Shown: positions 62,771-64,000 of the stretch, one piece after another | How positions within the stretch are numbered: position 1 is the first letter of the stretch | Layout of the letters: every line of letters starts with the position of its first letter | From: Bryobacterales bacterium | GTDB lineage: Bacteria > Acidobacteriota > Terriglobia > Bryobacterales > Bryobacteraceae | DNA: 64,000 bases | Direction of reading: 5' to 3' | Assembly: GCA_016789745.1 (NCBI GenBank) | Contig: JAEUQF010000139.1 | Coordinates: 60,520 to 124,519, forward strand | Notes under the pieces: generated by a model | What the model was told of the DNA's origin: nothing | Database searches by the model: none | What the model saw: only the letters and a program-made list of their open reading frames with translations | Made by a program: the position numbers and the translations under genes

Positions 62771-64000
62771 CCGCGCGCTCTCTGCTCGATCTGCTTCCGG
62801 GTGTTTTCCAGAGTTAAAGGCGACAGGGTCTTGCGGGCGGCAGTGAACTCCTTGCAAGCGAGGGAGTGGCGATCGGGCATCTTGGTCTGGAGATAAGCCT
62901 CGCCCAGCAGCAAACGCAAGGCAGGGTCGGGGCTGATGCCTTGGCGTACGGCAGTCTCGATGGGGACACGCAGCAATTCGATGGCGGAGTCCGGACGGCC
63001 CGTCTTGTTTTCCAACTCCGCCAAGCTCGCCAGGGCGCCATCCGGGGAAGCCTGCATGGCAGCGGTGAATTCGACCCTGGCGCGCGTCCATTCGGCGGTT
63101 CTCATGTAGAGTTTCCCGAGCAGGAGGCGGGCGAGGTTGAAGTTGGGATCCTGACTGACGGCCTCGACGAGGAGCGCGACGGCATCGAGGGAAGTTGCGG
63201 CCGGGAGCCGGTGCTCCTCGCTTCGTTGGAGGAGGTGGGCGAGGTTGTAGCGGGCCGGGTTGTGTTGGGGGTCGTGCAGCAGGGCCGCGCGGTAGTGCGC
63301 CAGGGCCAGAGTCCTGTCGCGGCCGGGTTTGGCGTCGCGCGGTTCGGTCAGGACGCCGAGGACGTTACGCACCTCAGCCATGTTTCGGTAATACAGGAGG
63401 GCACGCCGCTCCAACCAGTCCGCACGTCCTTCCAGTCCTTCGGTTCGACACCAAAGGGCAACTTCGGTGAAGCGAGCCATGGCGCGCTCGAAGGAAGACA
63501 ACGCGTCCTGATAGGCCCGCCGCGCGTCATTAAGGCGGTTAGCGCGATGCAACACGAGGCCCAGGTTGTAGTAGAGGTAGGGGTAGTTGGGCATCAGGGC
63601 GATGGACTTCCGATACTCCTCAGCCGCGGATGCGTAGTCACCAGCTTCGGCGAAAGCGAGGGCAAGGTTGTGACGAGCATAGACCCAGCGTGGAGAAATC
63701 TCGACCGCCTTCTTGAAATGCCGCGCAGCGGCGGCAAGATCGGGGTCGACAGGATCTTCCAGGAAAGAAATGCCCAGTGCGTTCTCAATTTCTGGCATGC
63801 GGAACTGCAGTTCCGGGTATCTGAGCCGCAGTTGCTCGAACTGCACTCGCGCGTGAGACAACGTGAAGCGTGCGTCCTTGAACTGCTGGTCGAATAACTG
63901 GATACGGCCGCGGCAGAACAGTTCGTCGACTTCGCTCTTGTCTCGCAGTGCCTGGTCGTAGCGGGCGTAGCCCTCATGGATGGGCGACGGCCACAATTCG
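62755..64000 (-). CDS. TPR-repeat protein, 5' end beyond the window
   Basis: The frame is open to the window end. Multiple TPR units are present (ARHNLALAFAEAGDYASAAEEYRKSIALMPNYPYLYYNLGLVL...). The stop overlaps the receptor gene's start by 16 nt. Confidence 0.8.
   Translation of the reverse strand, partial: ELWPSPIHEGYARYDQALRDKSEVDELFCRGRIQLFDQQFKDARFTLSHARVQFEQLRLRYPELQFRMPEIENALGISFLEDPVDPDLAAAARHFKKAVEISPRWVYARHNLALAFAEAGDYASAAEEYRKSIALMPNYPYLYYNLGLVLHRANRLNDARRAYQDALSSFERAMARFTEVALWCRTEGLEGRADWLERRALLYYRNMAEVRNVLGVLTEPRDAKPGRDRTLALAHYRAALLHDPQHNPARYNLAHLLQRSEEHRLPAATSLDAVALLVEAVSQDPNFNLARLLLGKLYMRTAEWTRARVEFTAAMQASPDGALASLAELENKTGRPDSAIELLRVPIETAVRQGISPDPALRLLLGEAYLQTKMPDRHSLACKEFTAARKTLSPLTLENTRKQIEQRARGCPYS

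Noticed and set aside
62771-63091. N-terminal 107 aa of ORF 59576..63091
   Set aside because: It overlaps the upstream TPR gene in another frame. The signal peptide begins at the internal ATG 62770.
1-64000. CRISPR arrays and rRNA genes
   Set aside because: I found no regularly spaced short direct repeats. The only tandem repeat is the coding 138-bp TPR repeat. No rRNA-like conserved strings were seen.

Overview
High-GC (roughly 60-65%) chromosomal segment. It fits best with an Acidobacteriota genome of the Solibacter/Bryobacter type. The markers are NHL-repeat proteins ending in a TIGR03437-like 'PGLVGLY..VVP' module, two PSCyt/DUF1553 + DUF1501 gene pairs, a cytochrome-c-fused quinoprotein, a CarboxypepD_reg TonB-like receptor and HAF-repeat proteins. 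I support about 45 protein genes plus about 9 decayed genes. I found no rRNA, tRNA or CRISPR array. Many long ORFs in the track are antisense shadows of real genes, as expected at this GC content. Housekeeping and degradative content: sulfatases, GH5, esterase, class-V aminotransferase, amidohydrolase, truncated haemoglobin GlbO, and a LigC-like ligase convergent with an AEP primase-polymerase. Accessory content sits in lower-GC patches. (i) 6.3-10.2 kb holds a dead IS3-family element, an orphan peptidase-like fragment, a Cys-rich protein and a broken beta-lactamase-family gene. (ii) 20.1-23.3 kb holds a YopT/AvrPphB-like (C58) cysteine protease with an Asn/Pro tail, a beta-propeller protein and a frameshifted small protein. 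(iii) 24.9-26.6 kb holds a ParD/ParE-type toxin-antitoxin pair next to an ankyrin protein and an unknown protein. (iv) 49.4-56.8 kb is a conflict-system island: two decayed HicB-like antitoxin paralogues, a small protein with a DESGEDYLYP motif, a 5'-truncated and frameshifted STAND/TPR remnant with 138-bp tandem repeats, and an apparently intact two-gene module. That module encodes an EAD1-like adaptor fused to a trypsin-fold protease, followed by an nSTAND-type P-loop NTPase. It is my top candidate for an uncharacterised defence or programmed-death system. All family assignments come from reading motifs by eye. None has been confirmed by a database search.
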